DNA of 64,000 nt. Source: an uncultured cyanobacterium (lineage in GTDB: Bacteria > Cyanobacteriota > Cyanobacteriia > Cyanobacteriales > Nostocaceae). A program made the translations under genes and the position numbers. The DNA lies in contig CAVUDP010000004.1 of assembly GCA_963740315.1 (NCBI GenBank), positions 224,001-288,000 on the forward strand, given 5' to 3'. This document shows, one piece after another, positions 41,274-52,004 of the stretch. The notes below the pieces were generated by a model. The model was not told the origin of the DNA. It was given only the letters and a program-made list of their open reading frames with translations, and made no database searches. Position 1 is the first letter of the stretch. Each line of letters begins with the position of its first letter.

Positions 41274-41348
41274 AATAATAAGGTCAAAGGTTAAAGGTTA
41301 TAGGTTGTAATTTATAACTTCTAACTCTTAACTGCTCACTGCTCACTG

Positions 41349-41990
41349 TTAACTGTTAACTGATTCGCTGCTGCTTAGATGCGCGATCGCTTGTTTGATC
41401 CAATCTTCGACGAAGGCATCTTTTGGTAATCCAATATCTTCGCCGACGACGTGTAAAGCATAGCTGACTTCGTTGGCAGTGTAGCCCAAAGCAAGTAAAG
41501 TCATTTGCACTTCATCGAGAATTCCGGGTGCTGGACCACCTGTAGCCACGAAGAAACCAGCATTTTTACGCCAGTCAATCAATTTGCTTTTTAGTTCCAA
41601 ACAAATTCGTTCGGCGGTTTTCTTACCGACACCGGGAGCTTGAATTAATAATTGAACGTTAGCAGCAATAATTGACTGAACTAACTCAGGTAGTTCCAAA
41701 GTATCCAGCAAAGCAATAGCTAAAGCAGCACCAATGCCGCTAACACCGATCAAAAAGCGAAATAAATCACGTTCTGCTGGCGTACTAAATCCGTAAAGTA
41801 ATGGTACCTCTTCCCGGACTTGATAATGGGTAAAGACTTGCACTTCACCCCCCGAATCCGGTAACAGAGTAGCCAATCGTGCGGGAACTTGTAAATCGTA
41901 CCCGATACCGTTCACCTCTAAGGTGAGAATTTGACGATTAGCGCTATTTTTCTGGATACCAGCAACGATTCCTTTGAGATAACTAATCAT
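41349..41990 (-). CDS. ruvA: Holliday junction branch migration protein
   Basis: MISYLKG, EVNGIGY, LYGF, VSGIG and [16 protein letters not shown]. Confidence 0.95.
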   Translation of the reverse strand: MISYLKGIVAGIQKNSANRQILTLEVNGIGYDLQVPARLATLLPDSGGEVQVFTHYQVREEVPLLYGFSTPAERDLFRFLIGVSGIGAALAIALLDTLELPELVQSIIAANVQLLIQAPGVGKKTAERICLELKSKLIDWRKNAGFFVATGGPAPGILDEVQMTLLALGYTANEVSYALHVVGEDIGLPKDAFVEDWIKQAIAHLSSSESVNS

Positions 41991-42733
41991 AAGAAACCAA
42001 AATATTTTAAGCCTTCAATAATTCCAAGAGCACATTCACTTTTCGCCAGGTAACGGTGGTTAGCAGGATTTTCATTATGCCATTGGATTAATTCCGGACG
42101 AGCGTTTCCCACAAGGATACCTCGTTCTTCTCCAACAGCAAATAAAGCAATATCATTGCCCGAATCACCGCAAGCCACCGTTCTTTCTGCTACAAAATTC
42201 CACTTTTGGCGGAGAAATTGCATTGCCTGACCTTTATCGCTGCAACTGGGTACAATGTCAAGGTCTATACCACTGCTATAGATTAATTTGACATCTAAAC
42301 CACTGGTTTTTAATATAGATGACAATTTCGGTAAAACCCCTGTTGCTACAGATTGTTCAAGGAAAAAGCTGACCTTGAATTGACCTTGTTCCGTGTCTGG
42401 CTGCGATCGTAACTCCGAGAAATCAGCAGTTTTAGATAATACCACTTCTCGGTTCCATCCTTGAGAAATTTTTTCCGACCAACTAGAATCGGGGGTATCG
42501 CTTTTATCTAAGTATATTTCCGTTCCTACGGATAAAACCAGAGCATCTGGATCTATAAGATTCCTTTCCTTTTTAAGTTCTTGATATAAAACTGGCGATC
42601 GCCCTGTAGCATATACAATTTTAGTGCCATATTCTTGACGGTGTTTGGTTAGAAGTTGCTCTAATTCTCTTAAAGCGTCATCGTCACCTACGAAGGTGTT
42701 ATCTAAATCCGTTACAAAGAGAAATTTAGCCAC
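41987..42733 (-). CDS. spp: Sucrose-phosphate phosphatase (HAD)
   Basis: [27 protein letters not shown] and CGDSGND. Confidence 0.92.
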   Translation of the reverse strand: MAKFLFVTDLDNTFVGDDDALRELEQLLTKHRQEYGTKIVYATGRSPVLYQELKKERNLIDPDALVLSVGTEIYLDKSDTPDSSWSEKISQGWNREVVLSKTADFSELRSQPDTEQGQFKVSFFLEQSVATGVLPKLSSILKTSGLDVKLIYSSGIDLDIVPSCSDKGQAMQFLRQKWNFVAERTVACGDSGNDIALFAVGEERGILVGNARPELIQWHNENPANHRYLAKSECALGIIEGLKYFGFL

Positions 42734-43073
42734 GTCTTCATTACTTCCCTAGTTACAGCTTTACCATCAAAAAGTTTATGCTGTTTTGGGCATTAATTGT
42801 TAATCGTTAATTTGCAGGTTGAGTTAAAGGCGTTTCTGCTCGATCGAAAGTCTCGTATATGCTTTTAAGCCAATATCCAAGTTGCTGCACTACTAGATAT
42901 TTTTGATTTGTCGCATCAGAATAGCTGACTATTGAATTTTGAGATTTGAGATTTAAGTTTTAACTAAAATGCAAATTGAATATATAAAAGTGTTTTAATA
43001 AATAATTTTTATAGCCAAATTTTTTGTTTGGTGTTGTGAAATAAGGGAGACGTTGCAGTGCAACGTCTCTACA

Positions 43074-44015
43074 TTATAGTTCGAGGTTTTTCGCATCTAA
43101 AAATTTAAGTTGTTGATACAAACATTCAATTTGCGGTAAGCTAACACCTTTTTGTTGTGCTTTGCGTAAGGGATTACCAAAAATTGCTTCTACTTCTAAA
43201 GGGCGATTTTCGTCATAGTCAATTTTCATGCTGGTGCGGTAGGGTTTCATTTTAACCGTGTAGTCGAGCATCATTTGAACAAAGCGATCGTCAATTGTTG
43301 TTCCATAAATGTGGGCACCTGCGACTACTTCACGCATCAATTGTTCGACTAATTTACGAGTATGAATATTCGCCATTAATTCATCTGTGGTAGCGTTGAG
43401 AATTACAGAAAGTCCGTTGTAAGGAATATTCCACACTAATTTTTGCCAACGTGCTTGACTCAAATCTTCTGTTAATTCAATTTTGATTCGGGCGTTTTCA
43501 AAATCTTCTTTTAAGAGGTGCATTCTAGCTGTAATTCCTACCGGGTTATAGTTTACAGCGTATTCTCCCAATTTTATTTGACCGTAATCTAAGTGACGAA
43601 TATGTCCCGGTGCTATTTTATTGGAACATAAAAAACACAATCCACCTATTACCTTGTCACTACCAACAATTTCTGCGATTTCTTCCTCAATTCCAAATCC
43701 ATTTTGTAATACCAACACCACGCCATCTTGTTTAACAACAGTCGGCAATATTTTTGCTAATAAATGGTTTTGCGTCGTTTTAAGTGCAACTACCACCACA
43801 TCGCACTTGGGCATATTTTCTACATTATGATAAGCATTAACTTTTGGTAAATTAAAGTCACCATCTTTTGACTCAACAATTAAACCATGTTCGGAAACGT
43901 ATTGATAATCTCGATTTAATAAAAAGTGGACGGTGACACCAGCTTTTTGCAGCTTAGCACCATAGAAACCCCCCAATGCACCAGTTCCGATAATAGCGTA
44001 TGTACGGTTAGACAT
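43074..44015 (-). CDS. panE: 2-dehydropantoate 2-reductase
   Basis: IGTGALGGFYG, LQNG, WQKLVWNIPYN, SMKID and LEVEAI. Confidence 0.88.
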   Translation of the reverse strand: MSNRTYAIIGTGALGGFYGAKLQKAGVTVHFLLNRDYQYVSEHGLIVESKDGDFNLPKVNAYHNVENMPKCDVVVVALKTTQNHLLAKILPTVVKQDGVVLVLQNGFGIEEEIAEIVGSDKVIGGLCFLCSNKIAPGHIRHLDYGQIKLGEYAVNYNPVGITARMHLLKEDFENARIKIELTEDLSQARWQKLVWNIPYNGLSVILNATTDELMANIHTRKLVEQLMREVVAGAHIYGTTIDDRFVQMMLDYTVKMKPYRTSMKIDYDENRPLEVEAIFGNPLRKAQQKGVSLPQIECLYQQLKFLDAKNLEL

Positions 44016-44152
44016 AATCGATCGTTAATCCTTAATTCCCAATGCCTCATGCACATTTATATTTTGCCATTCTCCGTAGCATGGGATACAACTGACTAGA
44101 AACTTTTCGAGTTTGGATAAAAATCAATTATCAATTGTTCATTGATATTTGT

Positions 44153-44359
44153 TCATTGCTCACTGTCTTGAAGAGTTTCGATCGTTAAATCGACTTGTTG
44201 CTGTCGCTGTTGTAAAAAACTTTCGCATTCCCGCAAATATTTTACAGCAGCGCCAAATTGTTCAAAGACTTCTTCTAACTGTAATTCTCCGGCTTCAATG
44301 CGAGATATTATAGTTTCTATTTCTGCTACTTTGGTTTCGTAATTCCAGTTTTTTTCCAT
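44153..44359 (-). CDS. xseB: Exodeoxyribonuclease VII small subunit
   Basis: YE..VAEIE.II..IE.GEL.LEE pattern; downstream of xseA. Confidence 0.88.
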   Translation of the reverse strand: MEKNWNYETKVAEIETIISRIEAGELQLEEVFEQFGAAVKYLRECESFLQQRQQQVDLTIETLQDSEQ

Positions 44360-44505
44360 AGTTATTTTTATGCTTGTTTTATAGGACTAATTTTTATATT
44401 ACCTGGCGCTTTGTTACCGCTGCTACACAGGCAAAACCCACCGTGGCAGGGGTTATTTATTTGAAATTTTTCTTGTGATATCAGTATTTTTCTGTTCCCT
44501 ACTCC

Positions 44506-45744
44506 CTACTGCCTATTCCCTTCAATTTCAATCACCTTTACTTTCGCTGCACCTTGACTTAAATTTATTAATAATTCTTCTCCTACTTCTAACTCTTGAG
44601 CATTACGAGCAATACTTCCATTTTCTTGTCTTACGACTGCATAGCCACGTTGCAAAACTGCCCTTGGGTTTAAGGTTATCAACTTTTGTCGCAATATTTC
44701 CAAACGCTGCTTTGATTGTTGTGATTTTAAATTCATTGCTCCTAACAGCTTTTCGCGTTTCCAACCCAAAGCAATTATTTCTTGTTCGACTTTCTTATCT
44801 AATTGATATCGCCCCAAACGATTTCGCAATTTTTGTACTTTATTTTGAGCGGTTTCCACAGAGTAATTAACTGCTTCAGATAAAGCTGCAACGCGATCGC
44901 AATGTTGATTATATAAATCATCGAGGGATGGTACAACTAATTCCGCAGCTGCTGTTGGAGTATGTACGCTTTCATCCGCAACCAAATCCGCTAAAGACTC
45001 ATCGCGTTGATGTCCGATACCAGTAATTACCGGAATTGAACAATCGGCGATCGCACGCACTACTCGTTCGTCATTAAAGCAGGCTAACTCTTCTACCGCA
45101 CCACCTCCCCTGGCTAATATCAAGACTTCAGCACGTCCATCATCTTGGACTCTTTGAATTGCTTTTGCGATAGAATTTGGTGCTTGTTCGCCCTGTACCG
45201 TAGCAGGTGAAAATAAAATATGTAAACCAGGATACCTAGACTTAAGTGTTTTCTTGATGTCACCCCAAGCCGCAGCGGTAGGGGAAGTGACAACAGCGAT
45301 CGTTTGCGGATGGGAAGGAAGCGGTTGTTTTCTTTCATCATCAAATAAACCTTCCGCTGACAAACGGTTTTTCAATTGTCGGTAGCGCAAAGCTTGTAAA
45401 CCCGCACCCGCAGGTATAGCTTGCCACACGCTAAGCTGATATTCTCCCCGCACCGGATACAAACGGATACTGCCTAAGACAATCAATTGCTCGCCAACAG
45501 CAGGCATTTGAGCGAGTTTCGGTACTTGAGTCTTCCAAGTCACGCATTTAATAGAAGCATCACCATCCGTATCTTGCAAAGTAAAAAATAACCCCGCACG
45601 ATGGTTATTAGCACTAGAAACCTCACCAGTTATCCAAACTTGTCGCAAAGTTGAATCTTCTTCCAACAGCGATTGGATATAGTCAGTTAAACCAGCCACC
45701 GAAAGCGGCGAATCAGGAATAAAATTTTTTTGTTTGGAATTCAT
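44506..45744 (-). CDS. xseA: Exodeoxyribonuclease VII large subunit
   Basis: VWITGEVS, EGLFD, VVTSPTAAA, ARGGG, GIGHQRD and TPTAAAE. Confidence 0.95.
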   Translation of the reverse strand: MNSKQKNFIPDSPLSVAGLTDYIQSLLEEDSTLRQVWITGEVSSANNHRAGLFFTLQDTDGDASIKCVTWKTQVPKLAQMPAVGEQLIVLGSIRLYPVRGEYQLSVWQAIPAGAGLQALRYRQLKNRLSAEGLFDDERKQPLPSHPQTIAVVTSPTAAAWGDIKKTLKSRYPGLHILFSPATVQGEQAPNSIAKAIQRVQDDGRAEVLILARGGGAVEELACFNDERVVRAIADCSIPVITGIGHQRDESLADLVADESVHTPTAAAELVVPSLDDLYNQHCDRVAALSEAVNYSVETAQNKVQKLRNRLGRYQLDKKVEQEIIALGWKREKLLGAMNLKSQQSKQRLEILRQKLITLNPRAVLQRGYAVVRQENGSIARNAQELEVGEELLINLSQGAAKVKVIEIEGNRQ

Positions 45745-45797
45745 CTCAGGTTTATTCTATATAAGCGAGCAGTAAATATATAAATAATTTTGCACGA

Positions 45798-45900
45798 TTA
45801 CTACTCCACCACATTAATTTTAAAAGGTTGTAGAGACGTAGCACTGCTACGTCTCCCGACATTTATAAGAAAACGAAGCCATATATGGTGGAGTACTAAT
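45798..45900. mobile_element. MITE-like element containing the GAGACG palindrome
   Basis: TIR TACTCCACCA / TGGTGGAGTA; inner TGTAGAGACGTAGCACTGCTACGTCTC. Confidence 0.55.
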
Positions 45901-46038
45901 TAATTATTAGTTTTTACTTTTTAGCGGTTAACCGTATTAATTCTGATGGTTACACATTTGTAGTCACCTCTCACTTGCAAATTATTATTAGGGAGCGAGA
46001 ATAAAGATTAACTCCTAACTCCTAACTCTATATAAACC

Positions 46039-46623
46039 ATGAATCTCGAATCTCTCCTCAAACTCAACCGTACAATTCGTGTAATTGGCTTTGACGACGC
46101 GCCATTTATTCGCGGTGCTGGCAAAAGCGTCAATTTAGCCGGAATTATTTGTGCGGCAACTCGTTTTGAAGGGATGGTTTGGGGGGAATTGCAACCAGAT
46201 GGTTTTGATGCAACGGAAGCTATTTGCAAAATATTAATAGGCAGCAAATTTTTACCGCAATTACATATAGTATTGCTCGACGGAATTGGTTTTGGTGGAT
46301 TTAACGTAGTTGACTTACCAACATTAGCCGAAAAACTACAGCTTCCCTGCGTCGCCGTCATGCGTCGTCAACCCGATTTAGATGCAGTTATCGACGCAAT
46401 GAGTCATTTACCAAACTTAGAAAAACGCCAAGAATTATTAAAACGTGCGGGTACAATTCACGAATATTCACCCTTTGTATTTCAAGTATGCGGTGAAGAA
46501 CCGGAAATAATTGCCAAAGTGTTAGAAAAATTAACCGATTGCGGAAAAGTCCCCGAAGCTTTACGGTTAGCGCATTTGATTTCTGCGGCAGTTATTAAAG
46601 GAGAAAGCGGAAGCTCTGCTTAA
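46039..46623 (+). CDS. DUF99 family (endonuclease V-like) protein
   Basis: VIGFDDAPF, DGFDAT, LLDGIGFGGFNVVD and PEALRLAHLI. Confidence 0.88.
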   Translation: MNLESLLKLNRTIRVIGFDDAPFIRGAGKSVNLAGIICAATRFEGMVWGELQPDGFDATEAICKILIGSKFLPQLHIVLLDGIGFGGFNVVDLPTLAEKLQLPCVAVMRRQPDLDAVIDAMSHLPNLEKRQELLKRAGTIHEYSPFVFQVCGEEPEIIAKVLEKLTDCGKVPEALRLAHLISAAVIKGESGSSA

Positions 46624-46727
46624 TTAATTTTGGATTGATAAAAGCATATTTGTTCGTAGTAAGGGCTTTAGCCCTACAAAACTTAAGATAAGGGCTAAAG
46701 CCCTTCCTTACTACAAACCTTTACCTT

Positions 46728-47384
46728 ATGCAACCAACAAGAAAACCAAGAGTTAAAATCTGCTGTATTTCCAGCATCGAAGAAGCATGGATTGCTATTC
46801 GCTGCGGTGCTTCGGCATTAGGATTTGTATCTCATATGCCCAGCGGACCTGGTGTTATTTCGGAAGCATCGATCGCCGGAATAGTCGCTCAAATACCGCC
46901 ACCGATCGCCACTTTTTTACTTACTTCCAATCAAGATACTCAAGAAATTATTCAGCAAATCAAGCGCTGCGGTACAAACACTTTACAAATTTGCGACAAC
47001 ATAAAATCTGGAGGTTACGAAGATATTCGAGAAGCCTTACCTGGAATTTCCGTAGTGCAAGTAATTCATGTGACTGACGAAGAATCAATCAATGAAGCAA
47101 TTAAAATATCGCAATTTGTAGATGCAATTTTACTTGATTCCGGTAATCAATCTTTAACAGTAAAAGAATTAGGAGGAACCGGAAGAATTCATAATTGGGA
47201 AATTAGTAGAAAAATTCGCGATCGCCTAAAAATACCAATCTTTCTCGCAGGAGGATTAAAACCCGAAAACGTCGCTTTAGCAGTAAAACAAGTTGCACCT
47301 TTCGGACTTGATGTGTGTAGTGGAGTTCGCACAAATGACAAATTGGATGAAGATAAACTCAAACGTTTTTTTGAACAACTTTAG
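46728..47384 (+). CDS. trpF: Phosphoribosylanthranilate isomerase-like
   Basis: RVKICCI, LLDS, GGTGRIHNW, LAGGLKPENV and GLDVCSGV. Confidence 0.8.
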   Translation: MQPTRKPRVKICCISSIEEAWIAIRCGASALGFVSHMPSGPGVISEASIAGIVAQIPPPIATFLLTSNQDTQEIIQQIKRCGTNTLQICDNIKSGGYEDIREALPGISVVQVIHVTDEESINEAIKISQFVDAILLDSGNQSLTVKELGGTGRIHNWEISRKIRDRLKIPIFLAGGLKPENVALAVKQVAPFGLDVCSGVRTNDKLDEDKLKRFFEQL

Positions 47385-47434
47385 CAATGCTTCTATCAAC
47401 GTCATAATAGACATAAAAGCCAAAACCTGAGAAC

Positions 47435-48115
47435 ATGACAATTATTACTTCAACTAAAAAACAGTCTCAAATCTTCTACCCTAGTTCTGATGGAGAACCC
47501 GTGGCTGAAACTTATACCCATCTCTACGCATTATTAACAACCCTCGAAGTACTGCGACAATATCTTACAGGACAACAGGCAACAGTTTTAGCAAATCAAT
47601 TTTTATATTATGCTCAAGGTTTCCCGAAATTGCGAATAGCTCCCGACGTAATGGTAATTTTTGACGTTGCACCCGGAGGTAGAGATAATTATAAAATTTG
47701 GGAAGAAGGTAAAGTCCCTTCAGTTGTTTTTGAAATGACATCCAAGGGTACGCAAAATCAAGATATAGAATATAAAAAAACCTTGTACGAACAGTTAGAA
47801 ATACAAGAATACTGGCTTTTCGATCCTAAAGGTGAATGGATAGAAGAAAAATTACGCGGTTATCGTTTGCGAGGAGAAAGCTACGAATTAATTACAGATA
47901 GTCGCAGCGAACCATTAAAATTACGTTTAGCGATAGAAGACGAATTAATCGGTTTTTACCGCGAAGATACCGGAGAGAAATTATTAATTCCCGATGAATT
48001 AGCAACCAAGCTAAGCCAAGAAACTCAAGCAAGACAAGAAGCAGAAAATCGTGCAAATGAAGCTGAGATGCTATTAGCTCGTTACCGAGAACGTTTTGGA
48101 GATTTGAACGAGTAA
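47435..48115 (+). CDS. Uma2 family putative endonuclease
   Basis: YPSSDGEPVAE, APDVMV, PSVVFEMTS and EYWLFDP; C-terminal coiled coil. Confidence 0.9.
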   Translation: MTIITSTKKQSQIFYPSSDGEPVAETYTHLYALLTTLEVLRQYLTGQQATVLANQFLYYAQGFPKLRIAPDVMVIFDVAPGGRDNYKIWEEGKVPSVVFEMTSKGTQNQDIEYKKTLYEQLEIQEYWLFDPKGEWIEEKLRGYRLRGESYELITDSRSEPLKLRLAIEDELIGFYREDTGEKLLIPDELATKLSQETQARQEAENRANEAEMLLARYRERFGDLNE

Positions 48116-48119
48116 TTAT

Positions 48120-48770
48120 GTAGGGGAGGCAAATTAGGGTGTAGATTTTCTTCCCCTAATATTGCCGTTGTGTTACGGCTTTAATATGTTGAATTATAAA
48201 TTACCATATTGAAAATGCCGTAACGCACCATTTATGGTATATCGGAGTTTTTTAAAATGCCGTAACGCACTCTTAATATACAAAAAAATTTAGGCGCAAA
48301 ACTATTTGCACCATCAAATATAGGACTTACGCAACCGGCATATTTTTATTGTAGGGTGCTGTGACACTTATAGAAATTCTGAACGCAGCAACAAGGTTTC
48401 TGGTGTCACGCACCAACCAAAGATTGTCACACTTGCGTAAGTCCTGAAATACAGCGGTTTTTTTCTTTGCAATTAAAACTTAAAATTATTATTTTCAACA
48501 ATCTTTATTATTATCACAATAATCCTTGGTGCGTGACGCTACAAACCTCTCAATTTCTAACCAAATTTCTCTAAGCGTCACACACCCTACTAGTGCATTT
48601 CATTAATTTTGATAGGTAACAAAGGTTCGTAGTAAGTGCTTCAGCGCTCCGGATTTGGGATTAAAGTCGGCACGTAGAACCCATCAGAATTAATGAAAAG
48701 AAGTACTACAATTATGATAAAAATACGTAAAAATCACAAATGTAGAGACGCGATATATCGCGTCTCTACA
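48120..48770. repeat. Cluster of MITE-like elements and palindromes
   Basis: TIR AGGACTTACGCAA/TTGCGTAAGTCCT (48322-48445); TIR TTTCATTAATTTTGATAGGT/ACCCATCAGAATTAATGAAA (48598-48698); duplicated AAAATGCCGTAACGCAC; palindrome at 48741-48770. Confidence 0.75.
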
Positions 48771-48776
48771 ATAATT

Positions 48777-50165
48777 CTAAAACTCCGCATTCTCCGGAGT
48801 ACGTGGAAACGGAATCACATCGCGAATATTCGCCATTCCCGTCATAAACTGCACCAATCTTTCAAAACCCAATCCAAAACCAGCATGAGGTACTGTACCA
48901 TAACGACGTAAATCCATGTACCACCATAAATCTTCTGGTTTCATTCCTTGGGCTTTAATGCGACTTTCCAACACATCATATCTTTCCTCACGCTGGGAAC
49001 CTCCAATAATTTCGCCTATTTTCGGTGCTAAAACATCCATTGCAGCAACGGTTTTTTCATCATCGCTCAACCGCATATAAAAAGCTTTAATTTCTGTCGG
49101 ATAATCGCTAACAATAACTGGCTTTTTAAACAGTTGTTCGCACAAATAGCGCTCGTGTTCCGATTGTAAATCTAAACCCCAATTTACCGGATATTCAAAT
49201 TGGACATCGGCTTTTTCTAAAAGTTTGACAGCTTCTGTATAAGTAATTCGCTCAAATTTATTATTAATAATATTCTCTGCGGTTTCTAAAACTGTCTTAT
49301 CAACTCGCAAATTGAAAAAATCCATGTCTTCGGGACATTTATCCATCACATATTTGAAGACATATCTCAGAAACTCCTCAGCTAAATCCATGTCTTCAGA
49401 AAGTTCGCAAAAAGCCATTTCCGGCTCAACCATCCAAAATTCTGCGAGGTGACGCGAAGTATTGGAATTTTCCGCACGGAAGGTAGGACCAAAGGTATAA
49501 ACGTTACCAAACGTCATCGCCATAATTTCGGCTTCTAACTGACCGCTAACCGTTAAATATGTCGGTCTACCAAAAAAGTCTTTGCTATAGTCTACCTTTT
49601 TATCTTCCGTGAGGGGAACGTTTTTTAAATCTAAATTAGTAACGTTGAAAAGTTCTCCCGCACCTTCGCAATCGCTAGCGGTGATAATCGGCGTATGTAC
49701 CCACAAAAAGCCGCGCTGTTGGAAAAATTCATGAATCGCCGTCGCACAAGCATTACGCACCCGCAAAACCGCACCCAAGGAATTGGTACGGCTGCGTAAA
49801 TGTCCTATAGTTCTGAGAAACTCAAAAGAATGGCGTTTCTTCTGTAGCGGATAATCTGGATCTGCTTCACCGTAAACTTTTGCCGCTTCGGCTTTTAATT
49901 CAATTCTTTGTCCTTTTCCTTGAGACTCAACGACTATTCCCGATGCTTCCACGGAGGCACCTGTATTTAATTGTTTTAATATATTCTCATAATCCGGTAA
50001 ATCCTGGTTTAGTACAACTTGCAAATTAGCCAGAGATGAACCATCATTAACTTCAATAAAAGCAAAACCTTTTAATTCACGCTTCGTTCTTACCCAACCT
50101 TGTACCTTTACCGACTCGTCAGGTTGAGCGCTGCGTAATATTTCTGCAATCCGTCTTTCTATCAT
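48777..50165 (-). CDS. asnS: Asparagine--tRNA ligase
   Basis: [43 protein letters not shown] and GFGLGFER; start 50165 or 50180. Confidence 0.97.
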   Translation of the reverse strand: MIERRIAEILRSAQPDESVKVQGWVRTKRELKGFAFIEVNDGSSLANLQVVLNQDLPDYENILKQLNTGASVEASGIVVESQGKGQRIELKAEAAKVYGEADPDYPLQKKRHSFEFLRTIGHLRSRTNSLGAVLRVRNACATAIHEFFQQRGFLWVHTPIITASDCEGAGELFNVTNLDLKNVPLTEDKKVDYSKDFFGRPTYLTVSGQLEAEIMAMTFGNVYTFGPTFRAENSNTSRHLAEFWMVEPEMAFCELSEDMDLAEEFLRYVFKYVMDKCPEDMDFFNLRVDKTVLETAENIINNKFERITYTEAVKLLEKADVQFEYPVNWGLDLQSEHERYLCEQLFKKPVIVSDYPTEIKAFYMRLSDDEKTVAAMDVLAPKIGEIIGGSQREERYDVLESRIKAQGMKPEDLWWYMDLRRYGTVPHAGFGLGFERLVQFMTGMANIRDVIPFPRTPENAEF

Positions 50166-50301
50166 ATATTTTTCTTCCAAGAATAAAAATTAGGTGCTGT
50201 TGGTTGTTAGTGGTTAGTGGTTAGTGGTTAGTTGTTAATTGTTTTTAACTCCTAACTCCTAACTCCCGTACAGACGTAGCAGTGCTACGTCTCTACATCT
50301 C

Positions 50302-50712
50302 CTACCTAACAACAGACTTTAATAACCAGCCTATGATAACGCCCAATCCACCAAAGCGGACTACTTGCCAAAATAAGTCTTTCAAACCGCTTTTAGTAAA
50401 TATAACGCTACCACCAAACAGCACTAAATAACTCTCGGAAAACAAGCCTAAAGCATTATCCAAGCTTTCTAACTGTTCTTTAATCTGTTTCAACTCCGCT
50501 AAAAGCGATCGCGAAGTGGTTTGTTGCATTTCCTTTTTAATTTCGTCAAAACGCCGCACCAATTCTATCTGACGTTGTTTATCGGCGAGCATTTGGGCAT
50601 AACGCTGTTTTAACTCACCAAGGCGAGACTCGACTGATAATATTTCTTGTTCTAATTCTTGTTCGAGATTTTGCTCAACCGAAGATTGAGAAGATTGTTT
50701 GGGCGACTCCAT
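50302..50712 (-). CDS. Hypothetical coiled-coil protein with C-terminal TM
   Basis: Coiled-coil composition; FWQVVRFGGLGVIIGWLLKS tail. Confidence 0.7.
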   Translation of the reverse strand: MESPKQSSQSSVEQNLEQELEQEILSVESRLGELKQRYAQMLADKQRQIELVRRFDEIKKEMQQTTSRSLLAELKQIKEQLESLDNALGLFSESYLVLFGGSVIFTKSGLKDLFWQVVRFGGLGVIIGWLLKSVVR

Positions 50713-50759
50713 GAGGGAAGTATTACAGTAAAAGAGAATGTTTCATCCGCCTCCTCGTT

Positions 50760-51047
50760 ATGTCTCAATCCAGCCAACTGCCTAAAACTAGTCAACTGCA
50801 AGATTTAAGTACAGTAGAAATAGCTCAAGCTCTATTGGAGAGATTGAGTATATCCCCTAACGATTGGCATCGCCTCAAGTCTAACCGCAAAGTTCGCGCT
50901 TGCGAACAAACAGCAGCCGCCCTCGTGTTTCTTCTTTCCGAACAACCCGAAGAAGCACAAGCCAGATTAGAACAAGCTACAGGCTGGTTAAATCGCTCTA
51001 TTAGTGCGCCACCTTGCCCGACTCACGGACAAAAAAAAGACGGTTAG
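50760..51047 (+). CDS. Conserved cyanobacterial hypothetical (DUF6439-like)
   Basis: DWHRLKSNR and GWL..S..APPCPTHG. Confidence 0.7.
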   Translation: MSQSSQLPKTSQLQDLSTVEIAQALLERLSISPNDWHRLKSNRKVRACEQTAAALVFLLSEQPEEAQARLEQATGWLNRSISAPPCPTHGQKKDG

Positions 51048-51126
51048 TTGTTAGTTGATAGTTATTAGTTGCTTATTATTTCAACTTCTAACTTTTAACT
51101 CCTAACTCCTAACTCCTAACTAATAA

Positions 51127-51582
51127 CTAATTCCGTAACAGAGGTATCCTGCTACGTCTATGCTCTAACTGCTTGCATAAGCGTAATTCCGTACCTCTAC
51201 GGTTCCATTCTACCTGGTCAAAAATTAGATGCAGTATTGATAAACCGCGACCATTTTCTGATTCGTCAGGTGGCAGATATTCGCTGGGATCTTCTTCACA
51301 ATCGCATTCAGGAATAAATCCTTTGCCTTGATCTGATATTACCCACCAATATCTATCATCAATTAAAGAAAAACGAACTACGACTTTTTTTCCAGGATCG
51401 AGATTATTGCCATGCTTCGCTGCATTGACTAAGGCTTCTTGAAGTCCTAGTCTCAATTCAGCTTGCATTTCTCCTGGAATTTCTGTCAAAAGTAAATCTA
51501 ATATTGGGCAGAGATATAGAGTTGAGGCAAAACTAATCGTGCCCCAGTTACGTCCTACCGGACGAAGTGAAATGGTAATCAC
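51127..51582 (-). CDS. pmgA: RsbW-like anti-sigma Ser/Thr kinase, PmgA-like
   Basis: FASTLYLCPILDLLL, LGLQEALVNAAKHGN, DQGKGF and GRGL. Confidence 0.75.
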   Translation of the reverse strand: MITISLRPVGRNWGTISFASTLYLCPILDLLLTEIPGEMQAELRLGLQEALVNAAKHGNNLDPGKKVVVRFSLIDDRYWWVISDQGKGFIPECDCEEDPSEYLPPDESENGRGLSILHLIFDQVEWNRRGTELRLCKQLEHRRSRIPLLRN

Positions 51583-52004
51583 AAGAGAAACCCCGTAGCT
51601 TTCGGCTCAAGCTAGACATGACTTTTACTATCTACCACGCACCCTGAAAGTGATTTGAGGTGGTCATGTGCCTTAATTTTTATGTTCGTACAACTAATTT
51701 TTGTATGCTACTTAGCATTGACTCTTTTTATCAAATAAAGGTTGCTTCAATTCAAATCGACTGATTTTTTTTTAATTACAAACCGCTTACAAACTATAAA
51801 CCTACTTCAAGTATTAATGAGTACCTTAATACTCGTAAAACTTAGCCGATTTGTAATTTAAACAACTTCTTTTTTCTTTTTTTAAGAGTCTGGTATTACG
51901 CCAATTTCTTTATACAAAAGGTATTCTATATTTAGATTAATTCAATTTTAGCATTTTTACTATGCGCTAGACTACAAATTTGAAATTTCACCTTCTTATT
52001 TAGA

